Shown here one piece after another: positions 10,400 to 25,069 of a stretch of 64,000 bases of DNA (within the stretch, counting starts at the first letter, position 1; each line of letters opens with the position of its first letter). The stretch is from Felis catus (Eukaryota): NCBI RefSeq assembly GCF_018350175.1, contig NC_058369.1, positions 96,906,001-96,970,000 on the forward strand, in the 5' to 3' direction. Below the pieces are notes generated by a model that was given only the letters and a program-made list of their open reading frames with translations, made no database searches and had not been told where the DNA came from. Position numbers and translations under genes: made by a program.

Positions 10400-13300
10400 T
10401 CATGTTTTTTAATTAAAAATCTTTACATAAGAGCAATTTCCTTCTTCAAGCAGTGGCCAGTAAATAGTTTTCCAGTATATCAGAGAATTACATTAAGTGC
10501 TAGATTGTGTAATATCTTATACTTTGAATCATACTGAACATATGTTCATACTGAACATATGAACATATGTTCATACTGAACATTACTATAGGTATTAACT
10601 ACCTAATATTGGACATTATGCTGTTGTTCAACAGTAGCTAAAACCTGTATGTGGTATGGTGTTAATTATATAATGAGAAAATGAAGGTTTAAAGCTGGAT
10701 AAACTATTAGACTCCAAAGGAAGAATATGACTAGTATATAATAAGAGTTTGTGTCTTAAAGTTTCAATATAATTTCTGCTTATTGAGTTTAAAAAAATTT
10801 TATTACACTTACTTGACAACATTTAAACTCAGCTTTTTGAAGCAAGTTAGAGTTACTTTAAATTTATTAAAATTCCTTCAGTAATCTAACACATATCACT
10901 GTGTACCCATTTAAAAATCCAACACACATTACCATATGGTTCAGACCTTTGGTAGATGCTAGGGATATATGGATGAACAAAACAGCCTCTGCCTTCAGAG
11001 ACCTTATATGCTAAATAACTGTTTATTTACTCTTATTATGATTACTGTTCTGAAGGAGAGGTATAGGATGCTAAAGAGGGTAACTGAACTTAACATGAGT
11101 AATTATGCGCTCAGTTGTTCTCAATGCAAATATCTTGTTGCTTGAATGAACATGATCTGTCAGATCTGAAAGGTCTTAAGTAGAAAATAGCACAAACCTG
11201 ATGTTAGCTATACTTCATTCCTCTTGATTAAAAGAAACAGTTATTTAGATAGACAGAACATTGCTTACTCTTTGCAAGACAAGGAACCCTAAGTACTATA
11301 GATTCTGTAATAGTAGGAGGATAAGAGAACATAATTGACGTCTGTCTTGGCCCAAAGTGTCACTCAAATGTGAGGAAGAGATAATGATTTACCTAGGTAT
11401 GAATCTCAAGATGTCATACTTTAAAGCTAGATGTTATTTTCATGGTTTTAGCTTACTTGGGGTAAATCTGCCACACTATTTGTTTCAAATAATTGGGACC
11501 CTATGTATGTATGTGTGTGCTCTTGGGGAGCTTTTAGTCATATGAGAAAGCATTTATATTTGCCTTGAGTTTTGCATATTGCATAAAACAGTCTGATATC
11601 AGAGGATAAGGAAGAGCAGTGTTCAGTCCTTTATAAGACAGTGTAATTACAGTCACATTCAAAGTAAATGAGGAAAGATGCAAGCAATAAAAAAAGTAAA
11701 AGTTGTTTTGAATTTACTGATGCATGAGAAAATGTGCATTGGAATAACTGTTGTGATTAGTACAAGGAGTCATATCTCTCAGTGTAATGCTAAATTTTTC
11801 TTTACCTGGCTATCATATTTTGTTCACAATAGACCAGACAAGTAAGGAGAAGGGGAGGGAATCGTGGAATGGACTGCATTAAAACTCCTAGAAGAATTTG
11901 AAACCCAATACTCTTTATATCTTTCCCCTCTGACAAGAGACTTTATACCTTTGGATTTAGCACAAAATCTTTATCCTTAAGGAACTCCCTTTTGATCATA
12001 ATTCTTGCTTCTTTTCCTATTACCACTATTCTATGAGTGAACAGTTTACCAAGATATGACTGGCAGTTATCTTTTGTGTCCTGTTGTGTCAAGGGTGGGT
12101 TGGGAGAAAGGAGGTTATCTTTGGTGCCATTGATTTAGTGGTTTCTTTGGAGCAGTAGGAAGGCAGCTGGAGATGTATCATAGTGGATGCTATAGAAGAT
12201 AAAGTGTTATCTATCCATCCACTATGTAGATGTGACAGAATAATAGTGAATGCTGATGAGTAGAGAGGAATCAGTATTGCTTCTGGAAGGTCCCAGTGGA
12301 AAACCTCCTTTTGTGCTGATATGGCCAATGTAATGTAATGTAGACAATGTAATGCAATAAAGACACCCCCCCCCATCTTCCAACATATATCTCTACTAAC
12401 TTTCAGGCAAGAGTAATTAATATTCAAAATTTAACAGTAAGTAAGGCATGAGTATCAAGCAGTTAAAATGGATGATAATGAATGTTCTATTACTGTGCTT
12501 TCCTGAGAAAAAAGAGTTAGATATTTAGTAATTTAGGATTCTTCCACATAAATGTCAATTGATAATTCTAACTGGAACTGATGGGATAAGTGAATTTTAT
12601 TGCAAACTTGCTTAAAATGGTCAGGAAATGCACACAAATAAATGTCCACTTATGTGGCTTTCTCAAGCCTGTCTCCCCTCGGGGTATCTTCATCTTAACT
12701 CTCTTGTTGACATTTACTATTGGCATGTAGTAGTGAGGAGTCTTGCTGAATAAATTTGATGTTTCTATTTAATCCCTCTCCATACTGTTGCTCCTAACTA
12801 ATTTTCCTGCAAAGAAAATGAGTATATATGAGTAATTTCCCAGATTTTTAGCAGCAACGTATTGGCAGTTCCACAGCCTCCCGTGTATTTAGTGACTTTA
12901 AATTCCTCTGCAGGCTTTCTTAGCCTGCTGGTTTGAGGAGGACACCTGCAGGGTTATTCCTTTTTATAGATCCTATAAGGCACATTTGATGAGTTGAGAG
13001 TGAGTTTCAATGGGATGATTATGAATGGGGCATTAGGTCTGAAAAGTGGGGCTGGGTGTAACTTCTCATTTTGGTTTCATGAAATTTTTATGAAACTGAT
13101 TGTTTGGATTTTGCAAAATAACTCAACCCTGGGAATGTGGAATTAAGCGAGGGAATTATGATTTTTTTTTTTTTTGCTCAGGTTTACACAGATGATGCAT
13201 CTTAAACTCATAAATCACAGAAGCTTCCACTGTAATATGAAGTAGAGACCTTAAGGGTGATGTTGAACATTGAGAACAATTTGGGGAAAATGTTGCTAAT

Positions 13301-15646
13301 TAAAAGATAAAATCCAATGATAGATCAGAATTACCTTCTTTTAATATTTATGAAATGCAAATGTAGAGAAAAAATCTGAAGATTCAGAAACATACTTTAA
13401 TTTTAAGAAAAAACACAAATGCCCTGGATATTTTTAGTTTGAGCAGGTTTAAGATAAAATTAAGAACAAGTATAAAAATCATGTGTGACTGCTTTTAGAT
13501 CTGAATATTTGATATCTCAGCATGTGTGTTTTTCATATCCTATTTGTCTCTTGTTGTATGTGCTTTGGAGAACAAGCTATTTCGGTTTATGTCTCCCCAT
13601 TATCACACTCAGATTATAAATCCATAAGAGCTGGTTTTCCTCCCAAGATTAAAGTTGCTGTTTGGTAGGCTTTTGGAACTGAGAGATAGTAGGACAATAT
13701 TAGGTGCTTTCTAATCAATCTGCCCCCAAATTCTCTCATGGGTTCAGCGAGATTAATTGTGTTCTGGGTCTAACTGGAGTTGAGAAGTATTTTACTTTAC
13801 TTATGTGCTGTACTTTTAAACACCCATCTTCAGTGGCTTAATACAGCAATGAGTGTTGAAAGAATACTGCTATTTTCTTTGCTGATTTGGCTCTCACATC
13901 CTATCACTTATTTAAGTGACTGGAGAAATAAAGAAGTAAGAAATGTTCCCTGGACATTTTTTATCTTTAAACTCCTGAATACACTTATTAGTTTCACCAT
14001 TACAAACTTGGGGGCTTTTTCTTTCAATTTTTTATGGTTACATTAAAAATTTTAAAGGTGAGACTTTTAGTGACAGACTTTTTAATCAAAGTTGTATGGG
14101 AGCCATGATGATGTATTTATTCACTGTGGTCAAGTGCAGTTGAAAAATGAATAGACATTCCAAGATTAATCATGCTGTGTGTTTACTCTGTTGTATTCTG
14201 ATCATTATAATTGAAAATACTCTTCTATTCTAATTCTAGTAATTGATCCCTTATGTCTTATTGCTTTGTTTATATCTTTCTCCTGTTAAACCATATATGG
14301 AAAGAGCTCATTCTGTTTATTTAATTTATTATTTATTTATTGTTATTTAATTATTATTATGCAGTTAACAAAAAATTGCTATTCAATTACGTTCCTTTGT
14401 CAGAATAAGAATCTTGACTATATAAGATATAGACATAATATGATAATGGTATAAGATAAAGGCAAAGATTAAAAAGGATCAAGGAAAAAAATAATAGTAG
14501 TTGTGTTAAGGGTGTGTTTTCAGGTGATTCCCCCCTTGGGTTAGGCTTCTTTAGTATTATCATGATAATATTTTAACAAAAATCAAATTAAGATTCTGTT
14601 ATACTATATATGAATCACTGTATATTTAGTTACATAATCACATCTGTAAAGTGTGGAGGATTATTTGTAGTCTGAGCCTATGAAGGAGCTTTTCTTTACC
14701 ATTTATATAATACCACTGCAACTAAAAAAAGTATTAGTTGAAGGAGACAGCCCTGTAATGTAGAAATTAGAATTCTCATGAAAGGGTAACGTAGCGCCTC
14801 CTGCCTTTGATTTAAAGAAACTACACTAAATTTAGGATGTTTCTAGAACTGATTTTAACTTACGTTACTATCTCACATGCATTATGAAGTCATTCCTGAA
14901 AAAAACAGATTTAAAGTTTCAAATTCTCCATTAATACAAAATCAGTAGTTATACCAATGTTTTGTCATATATAATGCAATCAAGTACATAGACACAGCCT
15001 TGGAATAGAAACCTCATTGGGATTTTACTCCTCACAGTGTCTTAGGAGATAACTATGGTGGATGATGCCAGGTTTGCAAGGGCAAAATACTGACACTTGA
15101 CTCTTCTTCCAGAGATTCTCCTTGGTCTTGGATGAGTGAGTCAAGGCCAGAAGGGAGCCTTACCTTCCTTCTCTGACTAAACACTATCATGGCCTCAGTA
15201 GCCACACTTCTCCACTGGCCAAATCCACCTGTGATACAGCTCATAATTAGGCAAGGTGCATTTGAACTTCCGGCCATGACCTCCATATTTTAGGATGGGG
15301 GTAAAAGAAGGAAGAAGAGCCTCTCCTCAATACTTCCTGCAACCTTAGCAATGATAAGTGGAGCCTTTAACATGTTAACAGGATACCTATGGGCTCACAG
15401 GACTGTTTCATTTTGGGAAAGGCATATTGCCTTTGAGAATTATACGATTACACCTTATTTTTCTCAGAGATAGGATTAAAAATGGTTTTAATTAATTTTA
15501 TTTTCCTTGCTACTTCATGACTCTTGGTGGTGCATTTCTCTTGTGATTTGCAGAAGATCACCCTTCCCCCAACTCTTGCAGAGTTAACCATTTATTTCAG
15601 TACCTTAAATAAGAAAATAAAAAGCAGATGCTATGAGGGTACTTAC

Positions 15647-15738
15647 TTGAAAAACACGAAAATCCCCAGCGAAATCACCAAGGTGAAAATCGACAAAGAA
15701 TGACCCACAATAGCCAAGTAGTACAGGACATATGCGTT
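15647..15738 (-). CDS. CALCR: CALCR coding exon, TM1 ([31 protein letters not shown])
   Basis: gttgttgcag|AACGCATAT...TTTTTCAA|gtaagt; 92 nt, phase 0 to 2. Confidence 0.97.
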
Positions 15739-18597
15739 CTGCAACAACAACAGCAACAACAATGAAACAGTTATAAAAATAAACAGGCAAATAAGTGATA
15801 ATAGAGGAGGGAAAATAGTTTCTATTTTTAATATAAGTGTAATTCAACAATTGTTCTCCTTTTAAAAAAATCTAAAATTATAACATATTTCACAGAAATT
15901 ATATTGAATTATAATATTTGGGTTTAACAGGTTAAATAGTATAAGATTATCAGTTATACTAGAATTTGCATGATGTGGTGGGAAGAATGTAAGACTGGAT
16001 TCATCAGAGCTGTTCTTTACTCAGAGTATTAGTGATTAAGTCTTTGTGTGACTCTCATAAGTCAGCCACTTCACCCCTCTAGATCTCAGTAGTTTTTATC
16101 TGTAAAATAATTTGGTCAAACTAAATGATTTTTAAAATAATTACATACCACTTATAAGAAACATAATTAAATACTGGGATACAGAAATACTGGACATAAA
16201 AGGATGGGGAGATGATGATCTAGGTAAACACTAACCACAAGAAAACGGGTGTAATATCATATAGGTCCAGAGCTCAAGTCAGAGAGATAAAACAATTTGT
16301 AATTTCTATTCACCTAATAATATCAGTTCAAACCACATAAACATAAAGCAAACACTGACACCACTTAGTAATCAATAGAACACACAATACAAACGCAGTA
16401 TAAATAAGTTGGATAATTTCTGTGAAGTTTTTTAATTCCTGGTAGAATGTGGCATTTATGTACAAATCATGACCCTTCTGCATTTGATTCTTGTCACTTT
16501 ACTCATGAAGAGCCTGATATTGAAGTACTGATTCCACTAACAGGCTCTCAAAGCATGCAGAGTCCTTTGTTTGGTTAAATGCATTATTGCTGGACAGAAA
16601 CAAATATTGCTTTTCTAGGAGTTTGAATTTCAAAATGAACTAATCAACATCTCCTGAATTGTGGCTGTTCACCACTTGACCGGGCATTTGCATGTTATTT
16701 GCCATTTTCATTGATACTACTCTCCTAACAGAATGCTTTTTGTCTTTGCAGAAATGATAATTAAGGTTGGAGTCATTGGTTTATATCTAGAACTTATGAT
16801 AAAGACTTCAAAATAGCCTATAAGCCCCTTCTTAGGAAGTATTTAGGAATCTTTGCAAAAAAACAGATACTCAGCTGCTGTCTTTTCTCCCACCAATTCA
16901 TTTTCTGGCTATTTTTTTCATTTTACCACTAGACAAAACCAGGAGTGGCATTTTCTAAAAGTTCTTCCTTTTAAATAGTTCACCATGTAGAATCCCCTTG
17001 TCATTGAAAGTACTGTTTTTAATTTAGATATATGCTCATGCCCCATCCTCTGTCACTATTTTATTTTTATCTCTGTATATTTTTATTTCTAAGAAAATTT
17101 TATATAATTGATTTTCTTTCAGTTGCCTCCAGACTACTTTAAAAAATATTTATTCTTTTGAAATAAAGTTGTCTAAGATTAAACCAACAGCTCATAATTT
17201 AGTTGCCATTCTTGATGTCATTCTTAAGACTGAGAAGTGCTTTTTTTTTTTTAATAAATTCTAACATTCTTTCTTCAAAACAAAAAAAAATTTTTTTGCC
17301 TGTATATAGATGGAAGATTTGTTCAAAGAATTTCAATCATTATGTTATGTGCCCAGAGGGGAACATTTACTCTTAAAATCCTTTCTTTCTATCTCAGATG
17401 TGGCTAGAATGAGAAGGTCAAATATGGCAGCCTGAAGAACTACTTACTTGGATATGTACTCCTTATAACAATTGAGTTAACAGGATTACAGTTTTTTCCT
17501 GTAAAATCATAATTAACACTCATTCAGGTATTCCTTACTTGGTGACATGTCATCTCAGTCAGACCCTATTACGTAAATAGCTCTCCATTAGGATGTAGAC
17601 ATGCGTCTAATTCTCAGAGGCGACTATGCAATTTGTAAAGCGGTAACCAGCGTTGGTGCCCCCAGCCTACGCCTGTGACAAGATGTCCTTCTGGTCTCTA
17701 GTCAACTGGTCTCAAGGCTACCTGTTCATCTTGTTTGTTTTTTGTGTTGTTTTGTTTTTAATAAAAGGAAAATTTTCTATACTCCTAAATCTTCACTGTA
17801 GCAAACAGCAGCACTGATGAGCTTTTAGCTTCCAACTCAGTAATTATTTAGCATGCAGGCCTATCTTTGAAGGAAACAAAAGGTTTCTACTGCTGTGTGG
17901 TTAAACACTGCCTGTTTCTCCCAGCTCAGTGGGAAAGAGGAGGCTGATTGTGGGTTTAGTGATTTTTTTTTCAGATTTCTCATGCATTTGGAGAGTAAGT
18001 ATCTGGGTTTTTCCCATTGGCTTAAATGTATCCAAGCAGAGATGATACTAAAAATATTTAACAGGCAGTAAGACAAAAGTAGTTCCACTGAAAATAACCT
18101 AAACTGCCACACCTGTATCTACAGGCTGATGGGCAGCCCCTTTCTAAGGGTTCCTTCAAGCCCTGATAGTAAAACTCTAACTGGCATCTTGGGGGTGGGG
18201 AAGAGGGGAAACTGTCACTTTGTGGCTTGAGGAAAAATCTCTAATTTTGGAATTTTTCTCACAGAAGAGACATCTTAGAGAGTCCCTGGAAATGCTGCCT
18301 AATGTCTGAATGGGGAATCCCATCATCTTTCCCATGGACACTATTTGCCTCATTATAAATGGCCTGATTCTATATGCTCATGGAACTCTTTGACACCAGG
18401 TATCAAAACAAGAAGTAGAATGTCATTTTTTTTCTAATACTACTAATAGAGTCCCTAGAAACTTACAGGCCATTATCTGATTTCCTTCTATAAAATAGGT
18501 TGGCATCTTGGTAGCAGCTGTTTCATAGTGATGCATATATTTCTATGTAAAAATAATGGCATTCTCACCCAATACTGAAATTTGAAATAGAACCTAC

Positions 18598-18710
18598 CTT
18601 CAGTTTCTCAGGAGTGAAAGCATTACACATAGTATAGTTGGACCAGGTTCGATTGTTCTCAGGATGTTTATACCAAACCCCTTTCTCATCACAGTATTTT
18701 GTAACCTTTT
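18598..18710 (-). CDS. CALCR: CALCR coding exon ([38 protein letters not shown])
   Basis: tccttaacag|AAAAGGTT...CTGAAG|gtaggt; 113 nt, phase 1 to 0; NRT and NYT sequons. Confidence 0.97.
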
Positions 18711-19434
18711 CTGTTAAGGAAACACAATTATTACATTATTATCTCAAACTACCAAGAAGGAAAAATAAAGCTTAAAAGCCATGCCACAATGTTAATCACT
18801 TTATATAACTTGAATGTGAATATAGGTCAATGGAGACCATCATGAAGATGTATTATGCACAATGTTTTAGCATGCGTTGTCTCATTTTATCATCACGAAG
18901 CCATATAAAACGGATGTTGCTATATCTCCATTTTGTAAACAGGAAGCAGAGAGTGAGAGAGGTTATAGAGTTTGAAAAGTCACTGGATAGTGGGTCAGCT
19001 AGGATTAAATGTCAGGTCGGTTGCACTAAAAAGTGCTACCTATACTGTACCTCATATTTTTTTAAAGCCACATTACATTTCTGATTTTAGATAGAAACTA
19101 TATGAGAAGAGCAAGACCACATCTTCATTTATATGCAATATTTATTTATTAGGTTGACTGTATGAAACCACAGTTTTTGTGAGTCAGATGGTCAAATATT
19201 GGCAATTTCATATAGTTAAATCCAAGAGAACAAAGAAGTCCAAAACTAAGAGGTGTATCAAGAAATAATTTTTGTGCTTCTCAAAAATATTTCATTTAAA
19301 TCATCTCTTTATCCCACAGAGGGCATACTAGGGATGTATAGATTTAGCCTTCGCTATTTACTTCTTTAACCATCTCTCAGGTGATAGTGAAATTTGCTGA
19401 TTTGGCTGGATTGGCATTTTAAAGATCTCCACCT

Positions 19435-19640
19435 TGCTATGGGCCAGGCACTGTGCTAAGCACTTTGCAGAATTATTTTCTTAAATGTTAATAATGACCC
19501 TTTAAGATGGGTGTTGGTCTTCCCATTATACATATGAGGAAACTGAGGCTCAGATAGGTTGAGTAAATTCCCCATCTATGGCTAGCAAGTAGGAAGGCCA
19601 GGGGTCAAATCCAGGTCTGGTCTGCTTGATTCCAAAGCTA
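19435..19640 (-). mobile_element. MIR SINE relic
   Basis: ccaggcactgtgctaagcacttt...atgaggaaactgaggctcaga core. Confidence 0.8.
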
Positions 19641-20623
19641 TTGTGCAGCTAGTTAACTCTATATTAAGGCTCATAGTTTTGTGGGCAAGTTATCTACACT
19701 CCATTCAGTGACCCAAAGAATCATAAATAATTTGTTGACTGTAAGATAGTATTTTAAATCTAATCTGATTGGCTATACAAATGGAAGAAAAAATTATATT
19801 GAGTTAAATAAAATAGAAAATAATGAACAAATGCACATTGAAATGAATGCACTTGCCAAATTTAATCTGAGTTATTCTGACTTCCTCTAGTTCTCCAGAG
19901 TATCTCTGCAATGCACTTATTGCCTTAGATATCATAAAGCAACCTCAAATTGGTATAATATGCAAATAGGTTTTACCAGTGTATTTAGAACCCTTACAAA
20001 ATTTTGATTTTTGATAATTTCCTGGGAAAAATATTTTTGAAGAATTTTTCTTCATTGGCAAAGGCAAAGAGCTGTCCCACCTGTGGATAGACCTTTTATT
20101 GTATCACTTTTGGGGTTTTTTTTTTTAGCCCAGGATGTGGGAGTCTGAATCACATACTAATATTTGGAGGAAACTGTTATTGTTTTAAATACTAAGAAAA
20201 CAATTCATGTAAAAAAAAAAACCTTATTTGTCTGAAACATCACTGAGATCTCATAATATTTAAAATAATTTTCTATCAGTAGTTATGGTTAGTCAATCAA
20301 TATGCTAAGAGCTAGTATGAGAATTCTTTTATCTTTGGCAGATTTTAAGGGAAATTAAAAATTTTTAATTACAGAACTGAAACAGGTGCTATCAAATTAA
20401 ACAAGATTCAAGCTTAAAATTGTAGATTTGTTTGTATGTCTACTCTAACAATTATTTCAAGTGGATGAAAAAACACATTCTGCAAGCAAAAGATGTTTTC
20501 AAGCAACCTATGAGACTCATCATTGCTTAATGTAAATTTGTTAGAAAGTTAAATGGAAGAATTTTTAATTGTAAATTTGCTGAGATAGCCATTGGACAAA
20601 AACTATATAAAGAATCACCACTG

Positions 20624-20760
20624 AGGGGTGCCTGGGTGGCTCAGTTGGTTAAGTGTCCAACTTCTGCTCCGGTCATGATCTCACAGTTTGTGAGTTTGAG
20701 CCCCGTGTTGGGCTCTGAGCTGACTCTCTCAAAAATAAATAAACATTCAAAAAAAAAAAA
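20624..20760 (+). mobile_element. Can-SINE with internal deletion
   Basis: Head joined directly to the tail at ctgac|tctctc; TSD aaagaatcaccactg at 20609-20623 and 20761-20775. Confidence 0.92.
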
Positions 20761-23700
20761 AAAGAATCACCACTGGATACCAACAATATTTCAAAAAAGG
20801 GTTAGCACTAATCAGCATAGAAAAATTGATATTGACAATTGGTCAATGATTTCGCTAATGCTATTTGTTGAAGCTTCTTGCAATTTTTAGAAAAGTGGCT
20901 TGCAATGCAGCATCTTATCTTTATTATATTGTCAGAAACTAGCTTATTACTTTATCAAAATGAATACAATCTGTTTTAACAATGTTATTTAGCTATGTAA
21001 GGCAAAATATATTCTATGGAGGAGGGAGGGGTGTTCCTCCTCAAGAAGTCCATTCCAATCATGGACAAGACTGTAGGAAATATTATTTTGTTTTGATGTC
21101 ACTAAAGTCTGGATCTAAGCATTTCTTGGTTCTACCTGTTACAGCTATAAGAACTTGTCCTCCCCACCTGGCAAGTCTTTCAATATTCAAAGAAAGGATA
21201 TGTCTACTCTAACTTCCCTTTCCAAACCAAACATCCCTATTTACTCACACTACACAGTTTGCTGTCCCTTCATAGTCTGGAGCCACTCTGCATGTGCTGT
21301 GATACTGGTATTTCCCTAAAATATTTTAAGTTTGGACTGCCCCATGAAGAGGGCAGCATGCTTATTTCACTTTAGATTCATATGGAGGTTTTACAGATGC
21401 TCAGCTCCAATCTCCAGAGATTCAAACTTGATTAACTGGAGAGGTAACCAGGCATTAGCATTTTTAAAAAGCTCACCAATTCCAAAGGGTATCAGGGTTG
21501 AGAATCATTGTCCTAAACCATGTTGACCATCTTGGCGCTGTGCCATTAATGTTGACTGAGTGACATTAAAATCAGGGCCTTAAGCACCTCCTTGTAAATC
21601 TGCTTTTTACATTCTAGCATATTCCTTCAGGCCACCAGCCTCTTTTGAATTTCAGTGCTGTTATTCACTCTCTCATGACCTGTCTTTTACCAAGCACTTT
21701 GTCTAAAATGAAATCTCTGTCATTTCATGAAACTGTTTTGTTTATCATCAAGGTGTAGCTTTGGGTCAATGGTAAAATCCTAAAGAATTTACGTTTGGTG
21801 AAATAGGTATTTTTAACATGTGTTTTTCTTTTGAAGTGGATTTGTCTCCCCGTTGAGAGGGTTCTTTCTACAAACCAGGCTGATAAGATGGATCTATGCC
21901 TGGAAATCCCTGTTTTGCTGACCAAAAACTTGCCTTTTAGTCAGTAAGTAGAGCCATTTTGGCAAGAGCCCATTGCTGCTTTGGAACTGGCCTTGTAGTC
22001 TCAGTTGCAGAAAAGCTCTTTGTGCCAATCAAGTTACTTCTAATGTAGTTGTCAAGTCAAGATTAATGAAGCATCATTTACTGGGAAGAGTCAATAAAAG
22101 ATGGAAAGATTATCATCAAATAGCATTTAGTTAGAGTTTACAGGAATGTAGTGCTGAGCAGGGGCACAGCACTAAGCCCTTCCTCTTTCCACAATGAGAA
22201 TTTTCAGCAGTGGCTGGCCTGAACTGGTTTTTAAAGTAGTCCCCTGTAATCTCATTTTCACTCTCTCTGTCTTACTGGGGTGGAACTTTGGATCTCATCC
22301 TTGCTAGATGCACGAAAAGCATCTCTCAAACATTGATACAGGGACAGACTAATTTCTCTGCTCTAATCTGGATTCCAGAGACTTTCTTGACTAGATTTTA
22401 CCATTTGACTATTGTTTCTATCTTAACTGATGATCTCACTTTCGGTCCGTGCAGCAGTAACCTCTTGCCATTCTTTATCAGTGAGTAAAGGGAAACAGAT
22501 GGGCTGGTTGATCCCAAAAGGTGGTAGAAACTCTGACCAAACAACTCTTGGAAAAATTTGAAAGTTAAGGTTGTTTTTTTCATACATAATCTCTTAAGCA
22601 TGAAACAAACACTGATTCCTCCCTTCAAAATGCTAGTTCAATGAAGATCCTTCCTGTCAGGACCTTGCCATTCCCTTCCACTCACTGAATATTCCAACTC
22701 TCTTCCACTGAACCACTCCCAAAAGGACACTGAGGAAAATCGGCACTGTGAGGTGTGGAGGGATTACTGTGTTCTGTTATATCACGTCTTGTTAAAAGGG
22801 ATCAGGAGCTTGAGATGGAATGAACTGACTACCTGGGGCCCTGACTCCCAGCCAGCCAGTTCAACACCTAGAGCCACTTAAACACAGTCAGCAGACTGGG
22901 ACTCAGGCACACCCAGGCACACTCTGCTGTCAGGCACAAACCTCACCTGTTAACTGGGATTTAAATCGTGTGTCTGTAGCTTAGTTTCAGCATATGGGTC
23001 TCTTTTATAACTAAGATTTATACTCCCTTTTCAGTATGTTAATCCCATATAGTATTTCGTTAGGGCAGATTTTCTGTCTAGTGTTTTGGAACAGAATTTT
23101 TCTGGCCCCAACACCTGCAGTCCCTGAAGCTAGGTGGCTACTGCTTTTTACTCCTCTGGTACAGTCTCGTCGGATACTGGGCTCTCCCTCCCATGGGCAC
23201 AGCTACTTAGTGTATTGGTTGAGCTTTCCTGGTACCAGCCACTTTCTTAACTGGACTGTCTTTATTATTTAACACATTTTCATCTTGGCTATACATTTAA
23301 TCACAAGCAGAACTTTAAAAGATCATGCCCAGGTTATGCTCCAAACTAATTATTTAAGAATATCTGGGGTGGTACCAGGCATCAGGATTTTTTTAAGTTT
23401 CCTAGGTTCTTAGCTAAGTTGAGAATCACTCATTGCTAACACCTACCCAAATCCATTCCCCTGATTCCCACGTAGCTAGTCTCTGGATTGAGGTTGTTAT
23501 ACAAACTCAAACATCTCTTCACACATTCCTTGCACTGCTCCTGACCACTAACTACCAGAGCATCTTGGATTCCAGATCTCCAATTTATTTGGATAGCTGA
23601 CAGTTCAGAGATACATCTTGTCAGCCCTCTGGCTTCTCACTCCACTTGGTAGCTGGTACTCCTCGACCTTTATCTTGCCTAAGCATCCTGACCCAACTTC

Positions 23701-23849
23701 CAGTTACACCAGTGTGGCTAGATTAAGGCCTGAAGGAAAAACATGTCTTCCTTAGAAGGTTCTAAAGGTACTTTAATCTGCACAAGTTTGTATGGAGACT
23801 TAGAAATATTGCTTCCCAAATGCTTTTCCAAGACTGTTGCACTTACTTA

Positions 23850-24014
23850 TATGTATTATATATATATAAGAGAGAGGGAGACACAGAATCTGAAGCAGAC
23901 TCCAGGCTCAGAGCTTTTAGCACAGAGCCTGACATGGGGCTCAAACCCACAAATGTGAGATCATCACCTGAGCTGAAGTCAGATGCTTAACCTACTGAGC
24001 CACCCAGGTGCCCC
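23850..24014 (-). mobile_element. Can-SINE, shortened CT region
   Basis: Ends gagccacccaggtgcccc; degenerate TSD tgca(c/t)ttactta. Confidence 0.9.
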
Positions 24015-24402
24015 TGCATTTACTTACAAAGAGAGGGTTAGGTAAGAGCTCTAGGGACTTGGTACACTTGCAATTTTGTGTCAAATATTGTGTGAGTATA
24101 AAATGAGATAATATATATGAAAATGTTTTGAAAAGTTAAAAATGACAGTGAAAAGTATTCCTGTGTTACTTTTATAACTAAAATGAATTTGGTGTCACTC
24201 ATTTACTTAACACACATTTATTGACTGCTTATGTTGTGCAGGGCATGGAGCTGAGTATTAGTATGATCCATTATAACAGCATTAGTCTTATTTACTGAAC
24301 ATATTTTAATAATCTACTGTTGGAACAGAAATCTAGTAGATGTCTAGAGTTACCACCGTCTGGTTTATTTTCCTTTAGACATGACAGTTTTATATAACTC
24401 TC

Positions 24403-24617
24403 TTTTTAAAAATTTTTTTAATGTTTATTTATTTTTGAGACAGAGAGAGAGAGAGAGCAGGGGAGGGGCAAAGAGAGAAGGAGACACAGAATCTGAAGCA
24501 GGCTCCAGGCTCTGAGCTGTCAGCACAGAGCCTGACATGGGGCTTGAACTCACGAACCGTGAGATCATGACCTGAGCAAAACTCGGACACTTAACCAACT
24601 GAGCCATCAGATGCCCC
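24403..24617 (-). mobile_element. Can-SINE
   Basis: Full head, body and tail on the minus strand. Confidence 0.93.
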
Positions 24618-25069
24618 TATATAGCTTTCAGTGTTATATCAAATTTCCATTGTGCATGCTATATCAGCCCAGTAGACCCGAACTCTAGACCAAGCATTTG
24701 CATAAGTTGCTAAATGTGACACAATTGAAAACTTAAGAACAACCACATTTAAGTAAAACTTCAGTTTTAAAAAATTAATTTAAAATTTTACTAAAATTTA
24801 ATAACAAATATTTAAAATATATAAAAATTTAACTTTTATTTAGAATTTAAGACCTAATGTACACAACTGACCAGTAATGCGACTTAAAAAATAAGGAGAG
24901 CTTGTAATATGTGTGCAACTGGGTAATATTTCAAGTAAGAAAATTCTTCAGAAAATGCTGAAACACACAGAGTATGATTAGATAGATATCTTTTATATCT
25001 GATTTTCTTTTCAGAACCATGAAAATTCTAAAAGTGAAGCAAAATGTAAAATAAAAAGAAATATTTTAC

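Noticed and set aside
10535-10575. TGAACA-TA-TGTTCA as a glucocorticoid/androgen response element
   Set aside because: The spacer is 2 nt; these elements need 3 nt
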